DNA of 61,663 nucleotides from Chara braunii (Eukaryota; Plantae; Charophyceae), in the NCBI GenBank assembly GCA_003427395.1, contig BFEA01000009.1:4465741-4527403 (forward strand). The letters are read 5' to 3'. The notes under the pieces were generated by a model. It saw only the letters and a program-made list of their open reading frames with translations, ran no database searches and was not told the DNA's origin. Below, one piece after another: positions 23,477 through 36,245 of this stretch; the stretch's first letter is position 1; the number at the start of each line of letters is the position of its first letter. Made by a program: the position numbers and the translations under genes.

Positions 23477-23501
23477 CTATCTATCTGTTTGTCTATCTGT
23501 T

Positions 23502-23565
<64 letters not shown>
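23477..23565. repeat. (CTRT)n/(CT)n microsatellite
   Basis: Direct reading. Confidence 0.9.
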
Positions 23566-23566
<1 letters not shown>

Positions 23567-25050
23567 ACTAGAGTATAGTAAAGTAGAGTAACATAGCTTA
23601 TAATAGCATAGCATAAAGTAGAGTAGAGTAGAGTAGAGTCCCGTCGAGTCGAGTCGAGTAGAGTTGAGTAGACTAGAAAAGAGTGAAGTGGAGTGGAGTG
23701 GAGTGAAGGAGAGTGGAGGCGAGTGAAGTGGAGTGGAGAGAAGCATAGGGAAGAGAAGCGTAGGAAAAAAATGAGTGAAGAAGAGTAAAGTAAAAAAAAA
23801 TAGTGAAGCGTAGAGTAGAGTGAAGTAGATTAAAGTCGAGTAGAGTCGAGTGGAGTGCTCAGTGCAGTAGAGTGTAGTGAAGTAAAGTAGAGTAAAGTGA
23901 AGTTACGTAAAGTGGAGTGGAGTGAAGTAACACGGAGTGGAGTATAGTAAAGTGGAGTGGATTGAGATAAAGTGGAGTAAAGTGAAGTGACGCAGAGTGA
24001 AGTGGAGCAGGGTAAAGTGGAGTTGAGTAGAGTGGAGTGGAGTCGAGTGGCATAGAGTGGAGTGGAGTGGCGTGGAGTAGAGTGAAGTGGAGTGGAGTGG
24101 AAGAGAGTGGAGAAGAGTGGAGTAGAGCAGAGTAGGGTTGACGAGTGTAGAGCATAGCAGAGAAGGGTAAAGTAGTGTAAGACAGAGCAAAGAAAAGTAG
24201 AGAAGAGCAGAGAAGCGAGATGTACGGTAAAGAAGTGTAGGGTAGAGAAGCGTAGGGAAGAAAAGCGTAAGGAAGAAAAAAGTAGAGGACCATAAAGTAA
24301 AGAAGAGCAGAGCAGGGTAGAGAAGGAAAAAAATAATAATAGTAGAGCAAAGTGAAGCAGAGTAAAGTAGAGCAGAGTAGAGAAGAGCGGAAAAGAGCAG
24401 ATAAGAGCAGAGCAAAGTAGAGAAGAGGAGAAAATGAGAGCGAAGAGAAGAGTAGAAAAGACTAAAGTACAGTTGAGTCGAGTTGAGTTAAGTAAAGTAG
24501 AGTAAAGTTGAGCTGAGTGAAGTAGAGTAGAGAAGTATATAGTAAAGCAGAGTAGAGCAGAGAAGTGTAGAACTGAGCAGAGCAGAAAGGAGCGTAGTAG
24601 AGCAAAACAGGGATTCCAGAGACATAGAGCGGGATGGCATAGAGTAGAGAAGTATAGGGAAGAGAGGCGTGGGGAAGAGAAGAGTAGAGAATAGTAGAGT
24701 TGAGAAGAGTAGGGAGCATAGAGCATCGTAGAGTAACATAGAATAAAGTAGAGTAGAGTAGGGTAGAGTAGGGTAGAATAGGGTTGAGTAGGGTAGAGTA
24801 GGGTAGAGTATGCTAGAGTAGAGTAAAGTAGAGTAGAGTAGAGCGGAGTAAAGTAGAGTAGGATAGGGTAGGGTAGGATAGGGTAGGGTAGGGTAGGGTA
24901 GGGTTGGGTAGGGTAAGGTAGGGTAAGGTAGGGTAGGGTAGGGTAGGATAGGGTAGGGTAGGGTAGGGTAGGGTAGGGTAGGGTAAGGTAGGGTAGGATA
25001 GGGTAGAGTAGGGTAGAGTAGAGTCGAGTCGAGTAGCGTCGAGTAGGGTC
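23566..25050. repeat. Degenerate pentamer satellite (GAGTA/GAGTG/GAGCA)n with a (GGGTA)n block at ~24860-25015
   Basis: 5-bp periodicity. It generates the spurious L/Y/S/T-rich ORFs in the track. Confidence 0.95.
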
Positions 25051-25438
25051 GACTCTCTGTGAATTTTACACCGAATTGCACTGAAACTGTCACATTGTGC
25101 TGATTTTCTGTTTTTTTTCTTGTTTTTCTTTTTGTGTGATATATATGTGCTTTAGGGTATGTCATGTGCCTAGTTTTGACATGTTTGGATCAATAATGAA
25201 AAAATTGGCATTTCGTTGAATTTGTTGAACGCTTCATTTTAACTCCGACAGTGTATTTGTGTTAGGGTTTTATAGTGTTTTTTTGTTATTTTTTTCCTTT
25301 TCTTTGGCCTATTTCTTTTTTTGATGTTCACACTACGGGCCCATATCGTTTGTTTTTTAAAATTCCGACGAATTTCGCACCGAAATTGCCAGCGAAAACG
25401 ACGAATATTTGGTCCCCCGTTAACCATCTCTTGTAGAG
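25051..25438 (-). mobile_element. Possible CACTA-type transposon terminal fragment inside the satellite
   Basis: Unique AT-rich island ending ...CTCTTGTAGAG (reverse complement CTCTACAAGAG, one mismatch from CACTACAAGA), with CCGAC/CCGAA subterminal motifs. No partner end is visible. Confidence 0.3.
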
Positions 25439-28114
25439 TACAATAGAGTAGAGAAGAGTAGAGTAGAGTAGCGTAGAGTAGAGTCGAGTAAAGTACAGTA
25501 GAGTCATGTAGAGTAGAGTATCTTAGCATAGAGGACGGTACAATAGAGTGCATACGAGTAAAGTAAACTACAATAAAAACAGAGATGAGGAAAATAAAGT
25601 ACAGTAGAGTAAAGCAAAGTATAGTACAATAGAGTACAATAGTTTAGAGTAGCGTAGCATAGAGTACATTTGTGTCGCGTCGAGTCGAGTAAAGTTAGAT
25701 CGGGTAGAAAAGAGTGAAGTGGAGGGGAGTAAAGGAGAGTAAGGTAAAGTGAAGTGAAGTGAAGTGGAATGGAGGAGAATAAAGTGCAATGTAGAGAAGC
25801 ATAGGAAAGAGAAACGCAGGGAAGAGAAAAGTAGTGAACAGTAGGGTAGATAAAAGTAGGGAAACGTAGAGTAGGGTACAAAAAAGTACAGAAAAGTACA
25901 CTAGGGTAGATAAGAGTATCGTAGCATATAGTACATGATTAAAGAGTATAGAAGGGTGAAGTAGAGTACAGTGGAGTAAAGTGGAGTAAAGTAAAGTAGA
26001 AGTAGAGTAGCGTAGCCTAGAGTAGAATAGAGTACAGTACAATAAAGTAAAGATGAGTAGAGTAGAGTAGAGTACAATAGAGTAAAGTAAAATATACTAA
26101 AGACGAGTAAAATAGAGTAGAGTAGCGTAGCTTAGAGTAGTGTAGCATGAAGTACAGTAGAGTAGAGTAGAGTGAAGTGGAGTGGATTGGAGCGGAGGAG
26201 AGTAGAGTGGAGGAGATTAAAGTAGAGTGAAGTGAAGTGAAGTGGAGTGAAATGAAGTGAAGTGAAGGGAAGTGGAGTGGAGAGGAGTGAAGTGGTTGGA
26301 GAGAAGCATAGGGAAGAGAAGCGTAGGGAGGAGAAGGGTAGAGAAGAGTAGAGTAAAGACGAGTACGAAAGCATAGAGTGAAGGGGATTAAGGTAGAATG
26401 AAGTAGATTGGAGTGAGGTCGAGTGGAGTAAATTAGAGTGCAGTCGAGTAGAGGGGAATAAAGTTGACTGAAGTAGAGTAGCGTGAAGTGGAGTAGAGAA
26501 GAGAGAAGCAGAGTGGGGTAGAGTGAAGTAGAATGGAGTGAAGCAGAGTAGAGTGGAGTGAAGTGGAGTGGAGTATAGTAAAGTGAAGTGAAGTGGAGTG
26601 GAGTAGCGTGGAGTGGAGTAGAGTGGAGTGAACTGGAGTGGGGTGGAGTAAAATGGAGTGAAGTGGAGTGGAGGAGAGTAAAGTATAACAAAGCAGAATG
26701 AAGTATAGCAAAGTGGAGTGGAGAAACTTAAAGCAGAGTGAAGTAGAGCAGAGTAAAGTAGAGAAGTGTAAAGCAAAGCAGAGCAGGGGAGAGTAGTGTA
26801 GGACAGAGCAATGGAGTGAAGCAGAGTAGAGTAGAGTGAAGTGGAGTGGAGTATGGAGTGGAAGAGAGTGAAGTATATAGCAAAGCAGAATGGAGTATAG
26901 CAAAGTGGAGTGGAGAAACTTAAAGCAGAGTGAAGTAGAGCAGAGTAAAGTGGAGGAGTGTAAAGCAAAGCAGAGCAGGGAAGAGTAGCGTAGGACAGAG
27001 CAGAGCAACGTCATGTGCGGTAGAGAAGCGTAGGGAAATGAAATGTACGAAAAAGTAGAGTAGAGAAGCATAAGGAAGTGTAGCGTTTGGAAAAGAAAAG
27101 TAGGGAATGGCGAAGTATGGTGGAAGAGAGCAAATAAGAGAAGATAAGAGTATAGCAAAGTGGAGCAGAGTAGAGTAAAGCAAAGAAAATAAAAGAAGAG
27201 AAGAGTAGAGAAGAGTAGAAAAGAGAAGAAAAGACGAGGGAAGGGAATAGTAGAGGTGAGTTGAGTTGAGTAGTCTAGAACAGAGAAGAGCACATAATAG
27301 GAAAGTAAAGCAGAGCACTGAGAGTAGAGCAGGGAATCGTAGAGCAGAGAGACATATAGTAAGGAAGCGTAGGAAAGAGACGAGTAGAGAATAGTAAAGT
27401 CAAGAAAATTAGTGAAGATAAAGTATCGTAGAGTAGAGTAGAGTAGCGTAGAGTACGGTAGAGTGTGTTAGAGGAGAGTAGAGTAGAGTATGTTAGAGGA
27501 GAGTATGTTAGAGGAGCGTATGTTAGAGGAGAGTAGAGTAGAGTATGCTAGAGTAGAGTAGAGTAGAGTAGAGTAGAGTAGAGTACAGTACAGTACAGTA
27601 CAGTATAATAAAGTCGAGTCAATTAGAGTTGAGTGAAGTAGATTGGAGTAAAGTAGCGCAGAGAATCGTAAAGCAGGGAGACATATAGTAGAGAAGCGTA
27701 GGGAAGAGAAGAGTAGAGAACAGTAAAGTCGAAAAGATTAGTGAAATATAGAGTATCATATCGTAAAGTACAATAGAGCAAAGTAGAGTAGAGTAAAAAA
27801 TGGTAGAGTATGTTAGAGGAGAGTAGAGTAAAGTATGCTAGAGTAGAGTAGAGTAGAGTAGAGTAGAGTAGAGTAGAGTAGAGTAGAGTAGAGTAGAGTA
27901 GAATAGAGTAGGTTAGAGTAGAGTAGAGTGAAGTCGAGTAGAGTAGGGTAGAGTACCATATAGTAGAGTGAGTAGATAAGAGTATCGTAACATATAGTAC
28001 AGTACAGTTAAGTGCAGAAGAGTAAAGTAGAGTACATTAGAGTAGAGATGAGTAGAGAACGGTAGTAATACAATAAAGTACAATAGAGTAGAGTACAACA
28101 AAATAGAGTAGCGT
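25439..28114. repeat. Degenerate pentamer satellite (GAGTA/GAGTG)n, second block
   Basis: 5-bp periodicity, with pure (GAGTA)n runs at ~27550-27585 and 27840-27900. Confidence 0.95.
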
Positions 28115-29341
28115 TGTCGGAGCAGACACCCTTACAAGGGTATCTGCTTGGGTTTTTTCAATGTCGGACGTTGTCTGACCTTTTTGCTGAATTTAATGGC
28201 TTGAAGAGACTAAAGTTTGCCAAAAGTTTATTCAGACCTAGCCTATGACCGAGAGACAAACTTTTTTGAACCTTAGTTCGGACACTTGCGGCGTCCGAAA
28301 GTAATGGTGGTAGTCGGCGGTTTCTACCAGGGCGGCAGAGACACGTGGACATGAGAACGTTAAAGCTATACCTATTTTACCTAAAATAATGACTCACGGT
28401 TGATAAGGCGCACGATTTAGGGTCTAGGTAGGCTAAAAGGAATGACTGCGCCAGGAACTAGAACCGCGGCGTGGGAAGAAACGAGACGTTTTTTATTTTT
28501 ATTTTTATTTTTGTTGTTGGGGCCTCAAGACTCGATTCCGCATCAGGGGTTTGGTGTGCTGGATACTTCAGCCTGACGGATGGAGTCCCTGCCCAAGCTG
28601 TAGGCAGACGATTGGTAGCGAAGAATGGGTGAGGCAGAACTGAGCCTGCAGACGGCCTACTGGGCTGCGGCCCTTCAAATAGAAGGACTGTAGATATAGC
28701 TCCCGTGATAGGAACTAGCCCAGTAGGTATCGCACTCAACTGCCGCCCGAAAGAGACCGGGATCGAGTTTGAAGTGCCCTACTATGGGTTAACTCGTTTT
28801 TAGTAGGCGCATCTGGGGCGCTGTCCATCTCGACCATACGATCACGAAGATCACACGACCAAGATAGACTGCGTGAATTTCGTGGGGCTGTGCAAGGATG
28901 GCTCTTCGGGACTCGAACTAAGGTCTGCATTTCAACAGTTCGTGGTTGTACCACTACGAGACATGACCATTGGCATATGCCAACGGGGCAAACGGAAAAG
29001 GAAAAAAAAACTAAATTAAGACTCCAGACGAAGCGCCAGTTGGTGCACTCTGAAGTGACTAGGGCATTTCAAGACCCCAGTACACCCGACGGTTCTCGTT
29101 TTGAACGGGCAACCATTTTTTGAGGTAAGTTTTCGTTTTTTTCCTTTTAATTTTCCTTAGGTTTGTTTTAGACTTTTTTATTCAATTTTTTTTTAGATTC
29201 TTTGATTTCTTAAGATTTTCTTTTTCTTTTTATTGTTCGTGATTTTACTAAGGTACCCGTTCGTTTTAACGAACGGGCTGACATTCCTAGCGATGGATGA
29301 GCAAAATCGAGTGAATCTACTACTAGAACATGAAGTTTTGC

Positions 29342-29344
<3 letters not shown>

Positions 29345-29423
<79 letters not shown>
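29345..29423. repeat. (GA)n microsatellite
   Basis: Direct reading. Confidence 0.95.
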
Positions 29424-29427
<4 letters not shown>

Positions 29428-29438
29428 GGAGGGGTCTT

Positions 29439-29648
29439 NNNNNNNNNNNNNNNNNNNNNNNNNNNNNNNNNNNNNNNNNNNNNNNNNNNNNNNNNNNNNN
29501 NNNNNNNNNNNNNNNNNNNNNNNNNNNNNNNNNNNNNNNNNNNNNNNNNNNNNNNNNNNNNNNNNNNNNNNNNNNNNNNNNNNNNNNNNNNNNNNNNNNN
29601 NNNNNNNNNNNNNNNNNNNNNNNNNNNNNNNNNNNNNNNNNNNNNNNN
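29439..29648. other. Assembly gap (N run)
   Basis: Direct reading. Confidence 1.
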
Positions 29649-29779
29649 CCCCCCCCCCCCTGTCCCTATCATTGTAGGCTTGCGCCCGTTCAGTTAGTGA
29701 ACGGGCTGCAGAGCGTCGCCTGTACCTTGCGCCATTGGCACCCGAGTACAGGCGCAGAGGGCAGGGGCTAGATTCCGCT

Positions 29780-29829
29780 AGAAGATCCTGTTGAGCTTGA
29801 CTCTAGTTCGACTCTATGGAATGACTTGA
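29780..29829 (+). pseudogene. 50-bp fragment of nuclear LSU (25S/28S) rRNA, start of the domain V central loop
   Basis: AGAAGATCCTGTTGAGCTTGACTCTAGTTCGACTCTATGGAATGACTTGA versus recalled plant 25S AGAAGACCCTGTTGAGCTTGACTCTAGTCCGACTTTGTGAAATGACTTGA: 45/50 identical, all differences transitions. Confidence 0.85.
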
Positions 29830-32800
29830 CTGTGGGAGGGAGGCTGCTCGTTTCGAAAAACGAGCTGCCCCTTTTAGAAAAACGAAAAAAGAAGGAGAAA
29901 AAAAAGAAAAAAAAGAAAAAAAGGGCGAAAAGAAAACGACTGCGATTGTGCCCAAGGTGCACGTAAATAGGTCTGAGTGTGACTACTCAGGCCAAATACT
30001 GCAAACTAAACAACCATTTTTGAAAAATGGCTAATTTCAGTTTAAACACTACGTACCTACACTAAAAAGTGTGTCAGGTACGTCGAACTTTGAAGAGCCA
30101 TAACTCTTCAAAGAATGGTCAGAAAAAAAAAAAAAAAATGTTTTGGAATGACAAACCCTCAACTATCCTGTGAAAATCCGAGATAGCAGAGTCCAGAAGA
30201 AAAAAAAATAGAGGCAGTTAAATGTAACTGCCTCTCTAAGTGTGTGGCCTAGGTTGAGCCACACCGACCCATTAATCTGGGGTGAAGGAAGTGCCGACCA
30301 CCTTCTCTCGACAACTATAAAAACCAACTTTTCACCCAAGAGCCTCACAAATGTGACAATACTGTTGAGACATTCACTTAAGTGAATGTTGACTGACTCC
30401 TGTTGAGCGGAGGTGCTGCTGGAGAGGAAGTGGAAGTCTGCAAGGAGCTGAGAGTGGGGAGGAGGCAGCCATAGCCGAAGGTTGGGAGCTTTTTGCCCCA
30501 CCCTTGTGCTTTTGCCGCGCACTTGTGCATGAGTTGTGGTCGAAATGTCGAGGCAAGCTCGGGTCGTGCGGCAGAGGCCCACAACGGGGAGGTGCTGCCC
30601 AACAGCCTGCACGGTAGAAGTAACGCACTAAGAGAGGAGGTTGCGCGTGCAGGTTTTGAGAGGAAGTGTTGCTGAAATTGCATAGCAAGGCTGTTTTTTT
30701 TACCGGTGGTGTTTAGAGGCTACGACTGTAACATTTTGGTGGCGTGGCATTTGGTGGTGTGACCGTTAGGGTGGTGACACCTGCGGCGTTGGCGCCGGAG
30801 GGTCGCTGTAATTTGTTTGGGATCATTTGGTGGTGCGACAGCGGCATAGGATCACTTGGGACCCAACTTGGGACCGAGTGAGTTGGGATTTGAGACCAGG
30901 ACAAGTGTTGTGGTGAACATTTGGTGATCAGGTGTGGTGATTGGAGGAGGTTGGACTTGCGTTTGGGATGGAACTATCCCTGGAGGACGAGGTGTCATTG
31001 GGACTATAGTGGGACCACATGGGACTTCTAGGTGAGAACACCCTCTTCAAGGGCTATCTTGCTTTGGTGTTTTTGGGTGACCCGCTTTGTGTCCGCTCGA
31101 ACACCTGAGGAGGACGCGGACTATCTTTAGTAGACGACCACAACTTTTGAGTTGTGCGACCGATCTCTTTGGAAAAATTGTTTGGCTTTCTTTAGTGAGT
31201 TTTCTTCTACTTTACTCAAGGTCAGTTGATTGACTCAGATTTCCCTTCACACCTGTGTGAACCCACACTTTGTTTGACCCTGTTTGTTTTGAATGTTCAA
31301 AAAAAAAGGTAGAGGGAAGTTGTGCGAGTCATGTATGTGAATGGAAAGGTCTGACTTGAGTATGAAATTGTACTGGTTTCTTTTGAACTTGTTTTTTTTT
31401 TGCGTGTTGTGCAGGTAGGTAGAAGGATGCTTGCAAAGGAGATTGATTTTATCTATTGGAGAAAAAAAACGGATTGTTTTGTTTTTACCTTTCACCTGTC
31501 TGCATGTTAAAAACACTTGTATTTTGAAATGAATAATTTCAATGGGTACCGTGAAAAAAAATTTGTAAATATAATGGAGATGGATTCAATTGGAATTAGT
31601 CTTTTCCCGAGAAGATCCTTTCTATCCCGAATGAACTCATCTTTCTATACCTGTCTAAATGATTCTCGTTCTTTGACTTTTCTGACTTTTTTGGTCCAAG
31701 TTATCCTAAACTTAGGAGAAATGAGAATAGCTGAAAGTTACTCACAGTAGATACATTCTCTTTCTCTACGGAGCATCTGGGGCGGGGGTCCGTTGCTTTA
31801 GGAGCCGACCCTGTTATCGACGTAATGTGGACCATTCTATGGGGGGATACATGCCGATTCGTTGGAGACGGTATCGTACCGAATACCCTTACAAGGGTAT
31901 TTGGCGTGCCTGCTGCAAATTGCGGCAGCATAGCCGCGGTCGTCCGACGGCGTGCACGAGAGAGAAAGCTTAGGTCCTCGCAAGGGTGAGCGGCGCGCGT
32001 AGGGTATTGACGACAAGGTGCAACCATGCGCAGCCTGGGTGTGCGCGGCGTTGTGGGCCAGCGGAACGTGCGACGTTCATTTTTATTTCTTTTATTGTTT
32101 ATTTATTTATCCCCTTTTAAATTTTTCTCTAAGTTTTTTAAATTGGTGATTGGCTTCGGGGCCGACGTCGAGACTGACGGGCCTGGTTCAGCTACTGGGT
32201 TTCCAGACACGGAGGGCCGACACGGCAGTCGAGGACCTTGGGTGCGCGCTTTGTTTGACGGGTCCGCCTGTTCAGGATACTGGCAAAGGGTCCTCTGTCA
32301 TGCCGCGACTGAGAAAATCTGGGCGGCGGGGGTCGTTGCGGGCATACGGTCCGCCATCCGCCATTTGCCATGCGAGGTTTGTGTGTGAGCTTGCCTGTTA
32401 GGACACGAAAGTTGGTGACATGTGCCCTGGCACAGAGGGGCAAAGCAGCCCAGGGCGTTGTGGGGAGGCCGTAGTGGTACGGCAACAAGCTGTGGATTAT
32501 GGGGAAACCCCGTAGCAGCCACATCCATGCTCAAACCTCCAATGCGGGAACATGCAGAAGCTGCACCCACCAGCAGGTGCGATACCTGCTGCAGCATATG
32601 GGTGGTACCGGCCAGGTGTCAGCCGGTGGTATCAGGGCCGGGCTTCTCCCATGGGCCAGTGGTTGTGCCTCCCCTCCCGTCCCTTCCCCCTATAAGCATA
32701 GAGGCAGTCTCTGCTCAATACCACTCGGGGGGGGGGCGTGGACTCTGCCTTAGCGGAGCGGACCTAAAGGGGGTTGTGGCAGAGCTGTGGCGGGTACTGC

Positions 32801-34394
32801 CAAGCCGGTCGTCGTCGGACTTGGGCATACGGCCGAAAGGCTGATCGAACTTGTTGCATACCGTATCGGTGCAGACCAGAACAAGAACCGACCTTTCAAT
32901 ACAAGTATAAGATAGCACAGCGGAAGACTTAGATACTAGTGATCCGAACAATCAATGTTGTAATGCAGCCCCGAACATACATCATCATCATCGTTTCATA
33001 GTGTGAATGGGTCTGGCGCTTCACACAGGAAGACAGCACCAGCCCAGAACATGCACAGACGAGGAGGAAGGGGATAGACGAAGAGGAGGGGGAAGATGGG
33101 AATGTCGTCAACACCAAGTCTTCGACACAAGCCCAAATAGTCCCTCGTCGAACTGTCTGAATCCCAAATGTCAAGTCTGTATCCAATGTCGTCAAGTCTC
33201 CAGTCACAACTCTGTCTCTCTCTGTCGTAGTCGGAGAAGTCAGGTGGCGAGAGGGTAAGAAGAGAAGGTGGACTTAGAAGAGGAAGAAGAAGAACTCTCT
33301 CTCTCTCTGTGTCNAGTACTAACCTGTGAAGTTGGCGCCTTGATGCAGGTACCGCGAAGATGGAGCTGGAGCGATGGCGCCACAGGTAAGTAACACTGGC
33401 CTCCGCCAGTCTCTCTCCCCACTTTGCGATCTACTACCTACCAGCGCCCAGCGCTGAAGACTACAGCTACAGCTATGGCGCCCTCCTGAGTGCTGCGGCC
33501 GAATCCTGAAGACTACCTCTGCCTACTCACTCTTTCCTGCAGGGCAGGCCAGTCCTTTATAGTGCTGGCCCGTGCAGGAGGCTGCCCGTGCCAATGCTCC
33601 CCTGGCCTAGACCCTGCGGAAGCTTCCAAGCAAGAGCCTGGAAGTTCCCTGAAGTTTTCCTGTAGGGAAACAGGCTGGGGCCTGTAGGCCCTGTCAGAAG
33701 GAAGCTTCCAGGCAAGAGCCTGGAAGTTTCCCTGTAGGGAAACAGGCTGGGGCCTGTAGGCCCTGNGAGTAGGATATGTCAAAAGAGTATAATGAACGAG
33801 ATCTAGGCTAGGTGCCGCAAAGTTTTGGCTTTTACAAACTGCGATCTTGAAAAAAATTTGCGAAATGGAGTAACGATGCGATTTTCAGAAAAGAACGAAA
33901 TCCAGTTTCTGATAATATAGCAACCTCCGAATATGCCTAACGCAATATTGGTAGGCTTCGCAAGATTCGGTTTTCAAAAAAATTTTGGGAGATAGAATGA
34001 AAATGCGATTTTCATAAAAGAATAGTTTCAGTTTTCGAGAATATGACCACTTCTATCGTTATCCCAATATGCATAGAGAACGAAAATACTAACTTCAGAA
34101 ATTTCAGCTATGTATGCGAAATATCAGAGAAACGAAATGCTACTATCGGGAATTTTCAGACAAAACAAAATGCGATTTATCAGAAATTTTCAGATATTTG
34201 TTACGTAAAAACGAACTACTAATACCATAAATTTTCAGATAGAACGAAATGCGAATATCAGAAAGTTCAGATAGTTGTTGCGAGAATTTTTTTTTCTTCA
34301 GAGATTTGACTAAGTCCTACTTGCGTTACTAATGAGTGATCAATAGATCGCAAGCTGGCTAGTTGATTGAGCGGGTCCTCTGTATGAGAGGTCC

Positions 34395-34406
34395 GCTCTG
34401 ATACCA
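34395..34406 (-). promoter_or_regulatory. PBS for initiator tRNA-Met
   Basis: Minus strand TGGTATCAGAGC, 3 nt from the LTR end. Confidence 0.9.
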
Positions 34407-34409
34407 AAC

Positions 34410-35357
34410 TGTTGCATACCGTATAGGTGCAGACCAGAACAAGAACCGACCTTTCAATACAAGTATAAGATAACACAGCGGAAGACTTAGATGCCAGTGA
34501 TCCGAACAATCAATATTGCAATGCAGCCCTGAACATACATCATCATCATCGTTACATGGTGTGAATGGGGCCTGGCGCTTCACACAGGAAGACTACGCCA
34601 GCCCCTACCATACACAGACGAAGAAGAAGGGGTTAGATGAAGAGGAGGGGGAAGATGGGAATGTCGTCAACACCAAGTCTCGACACAGGCCCAAATAGTC
34701 CCTCGTCGAAATGTCTGAATCCCAAATGTCAAGTCTGGATCCAATGTCGTCAAGTCTCCAGTCACAACTCTGTCTCTCTCTGTCGTAGTCGGAGAAGTCA
34801 GGTGGCGAGAGAGTGAGAAGAGAAGGTGGACTTAGAAGAGGAAGAAGAAGAACTCTCTCTCTCTCTGTGTCCAGTACTAACCTGTGAAGTTGGCGCCTTG
34901 ATGCAGGTACCGCGAAGATGGAGCTGGAGCGATGGCGGCACAGGTAAGTAACACTGGCCTCCGCCAGTCTCTCTCCCCACTCTCCGATCTACTACCTACC
35001 AGCGCCCAGCGCTGAAGACTACAGCTACAGCTTGGCGCCCTCCAGAGTGCTGCGGCCGAATCCTGAAGACTACCTCTGCCTACTCACTCTTTCCTGCAGG
35101 GCGGGTCAGTCCTTTATAGTGCTGGCCCGTGCAGGAGGCTGCCCGTGCCAATGCTCCCCTGGCCTAGACCCTGTGGAAGCTTCTAGGCACGAGCCTGGAA
35201 GTTCCCTGAAGTTTCCCTGTAGGGAAACAGGCTGGGGCCTGTAGGCCCTGTCAGAAGGAAGCTTCCAGGCAAGAGCCTGGAAGTTTCCCTGTAGGGAAAC
35301 AGGTTGGAGGTCCGGGACGGGCCCTGCAGGGCCCGTGTGGCTGCACAGTATGCCACA
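34410..35357 (-). repeat. Complete 948-bp chromovirus LTR with a 72-bp internal subrepeat
   Basis: TG...CA ends, high identity to 32852-33765, PBS on one side and PPT on the other. Confidence 0.9.
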
Positions 35358-35372
35358 CCCCCCCCTCCTTGA
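35358..35372 (-). promoter_or_regulatory. Polypurine tract
   Basis: Minus strand TCAAGGAGGGGGGGG directly before the LTR start TGTGGCA. Confidence 0.85.
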
Positions 35373-35382
35373 AAGACCGAGC

Positions 35383-36245
35383 TTACCTACGAGGGCAAAG
35401 CTGTCTGTTTGAGGGAGGAACCACAGTCCGGGTGGGAGGGGCACGTCGTGAAGCTTCCTGAGCTAATCTGCGTTTTTCATAATGCGCGTAGATCAGCGGT
35501 GCGGATGCTTTCAAATCTGCGCCTGATATCCACCGATCGCATGCTTTGAATGTGACTTTATACTGCCGCGGCTTGCTGCCGTACTTGCGATCGGAAATGA
35601 CGCGGTCAACTTCCTGATGGGCATCCATAGAAGGAGGGTCCTGCGATCGTCGGTCCGGAAAGTCATCGCTCTTGGCTAGCGTATAAGTTGCCATCTTCGA
35701 GGCGTGGAAGACCGGATGGACCGTCAGATGCTCTNGAATGTTGATCACAAATGAAGGGCCATCGGGCTCATCGCCCGCGGCTGCTGTCACAGACCAAGGT
35801 CCAAACCACTTGGGAAGCAGTTTGCGTGAAACATCCTGTTCCAGTGCAAACTCTTCCGCGGAGACCCAAACCAGATCACCGGCGCGGATGGGACATGGTA
35901 CGAGACGCCTGCTGGCTTGCTGCTGCATGCGGACTTGAGCCTTTTGCATATTTGCGCGGGCTTGAGTCAGCAATTCCCTGTACTTCCGGACGAAAGAGGG
36001 AGACCAGGCAGCGTCAATGTCGGCTGGTCGAGGGAGGAGAAGGTCGGCGAAGATCCGGCCTTTCCGTCCACCGTGGTGCAACTCGAATGGAGTCACGCCG
36101 ATCGCCGGATGCACCGAAGTGTTGTACGCGAACTCGATGTCGGGGAGGCGGTCAACCNAATCTTTCTGGTCCGGACGGATGAGCGTACGAAGCATCATTT
36201 GAGCGGTCTGATGTGCCCGCTCCGTCTGCCCGTCTGTCTGAGGGT
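35383..36245 (-). pseudogene. pol: Integrase C-terminal half with GPY/F motif and chromodomain (fragment)
   Basis: PQTDGQTERAH, EFAYNTSVH..IGVTPF, KLLPKWFGPW, HPVFHAS, and chromodomain-like EVDRVISDR..RQYKVTF..RWI. The N-terminal part of track ORF 35383-36507 is LTR sequence joined at an N. Confidence 0.9.

Larger units (their letters stand above)
28115..31871 (+). mobile_element. Family-B LTR copy (5' portion), interrupted by the LTR starting at 31872
   Basis: Starts TGTCGGAGCAGACACCCTTACAAGGGTAT. Colinear inverted homology to 21314 down to 16560, e.g. 31200-31280 versus 17150-17250 and 31770-31850 versus 16580-16670. Confidence 0.8.

Noticed and set aside
24860-25015. Interstitial telomeric repeat
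   Set aside because: The unit is GGGTA, a one-base variant of the surrounding GAGTA satellite, not TTTAGGG or TTAGGG.
23477-28101. Long L/Y/S/T/H-rich ORFs (up to 298 aa) on the minus strand
   Set aside because: They are translations of the pentamer satellite, whose pyrimidine strand lacks stops by composition.
29780-29829. Functional rRNA gene or rDNA unit
   Set aside because: Only 50 bp match and the flanks are LTR sequence.
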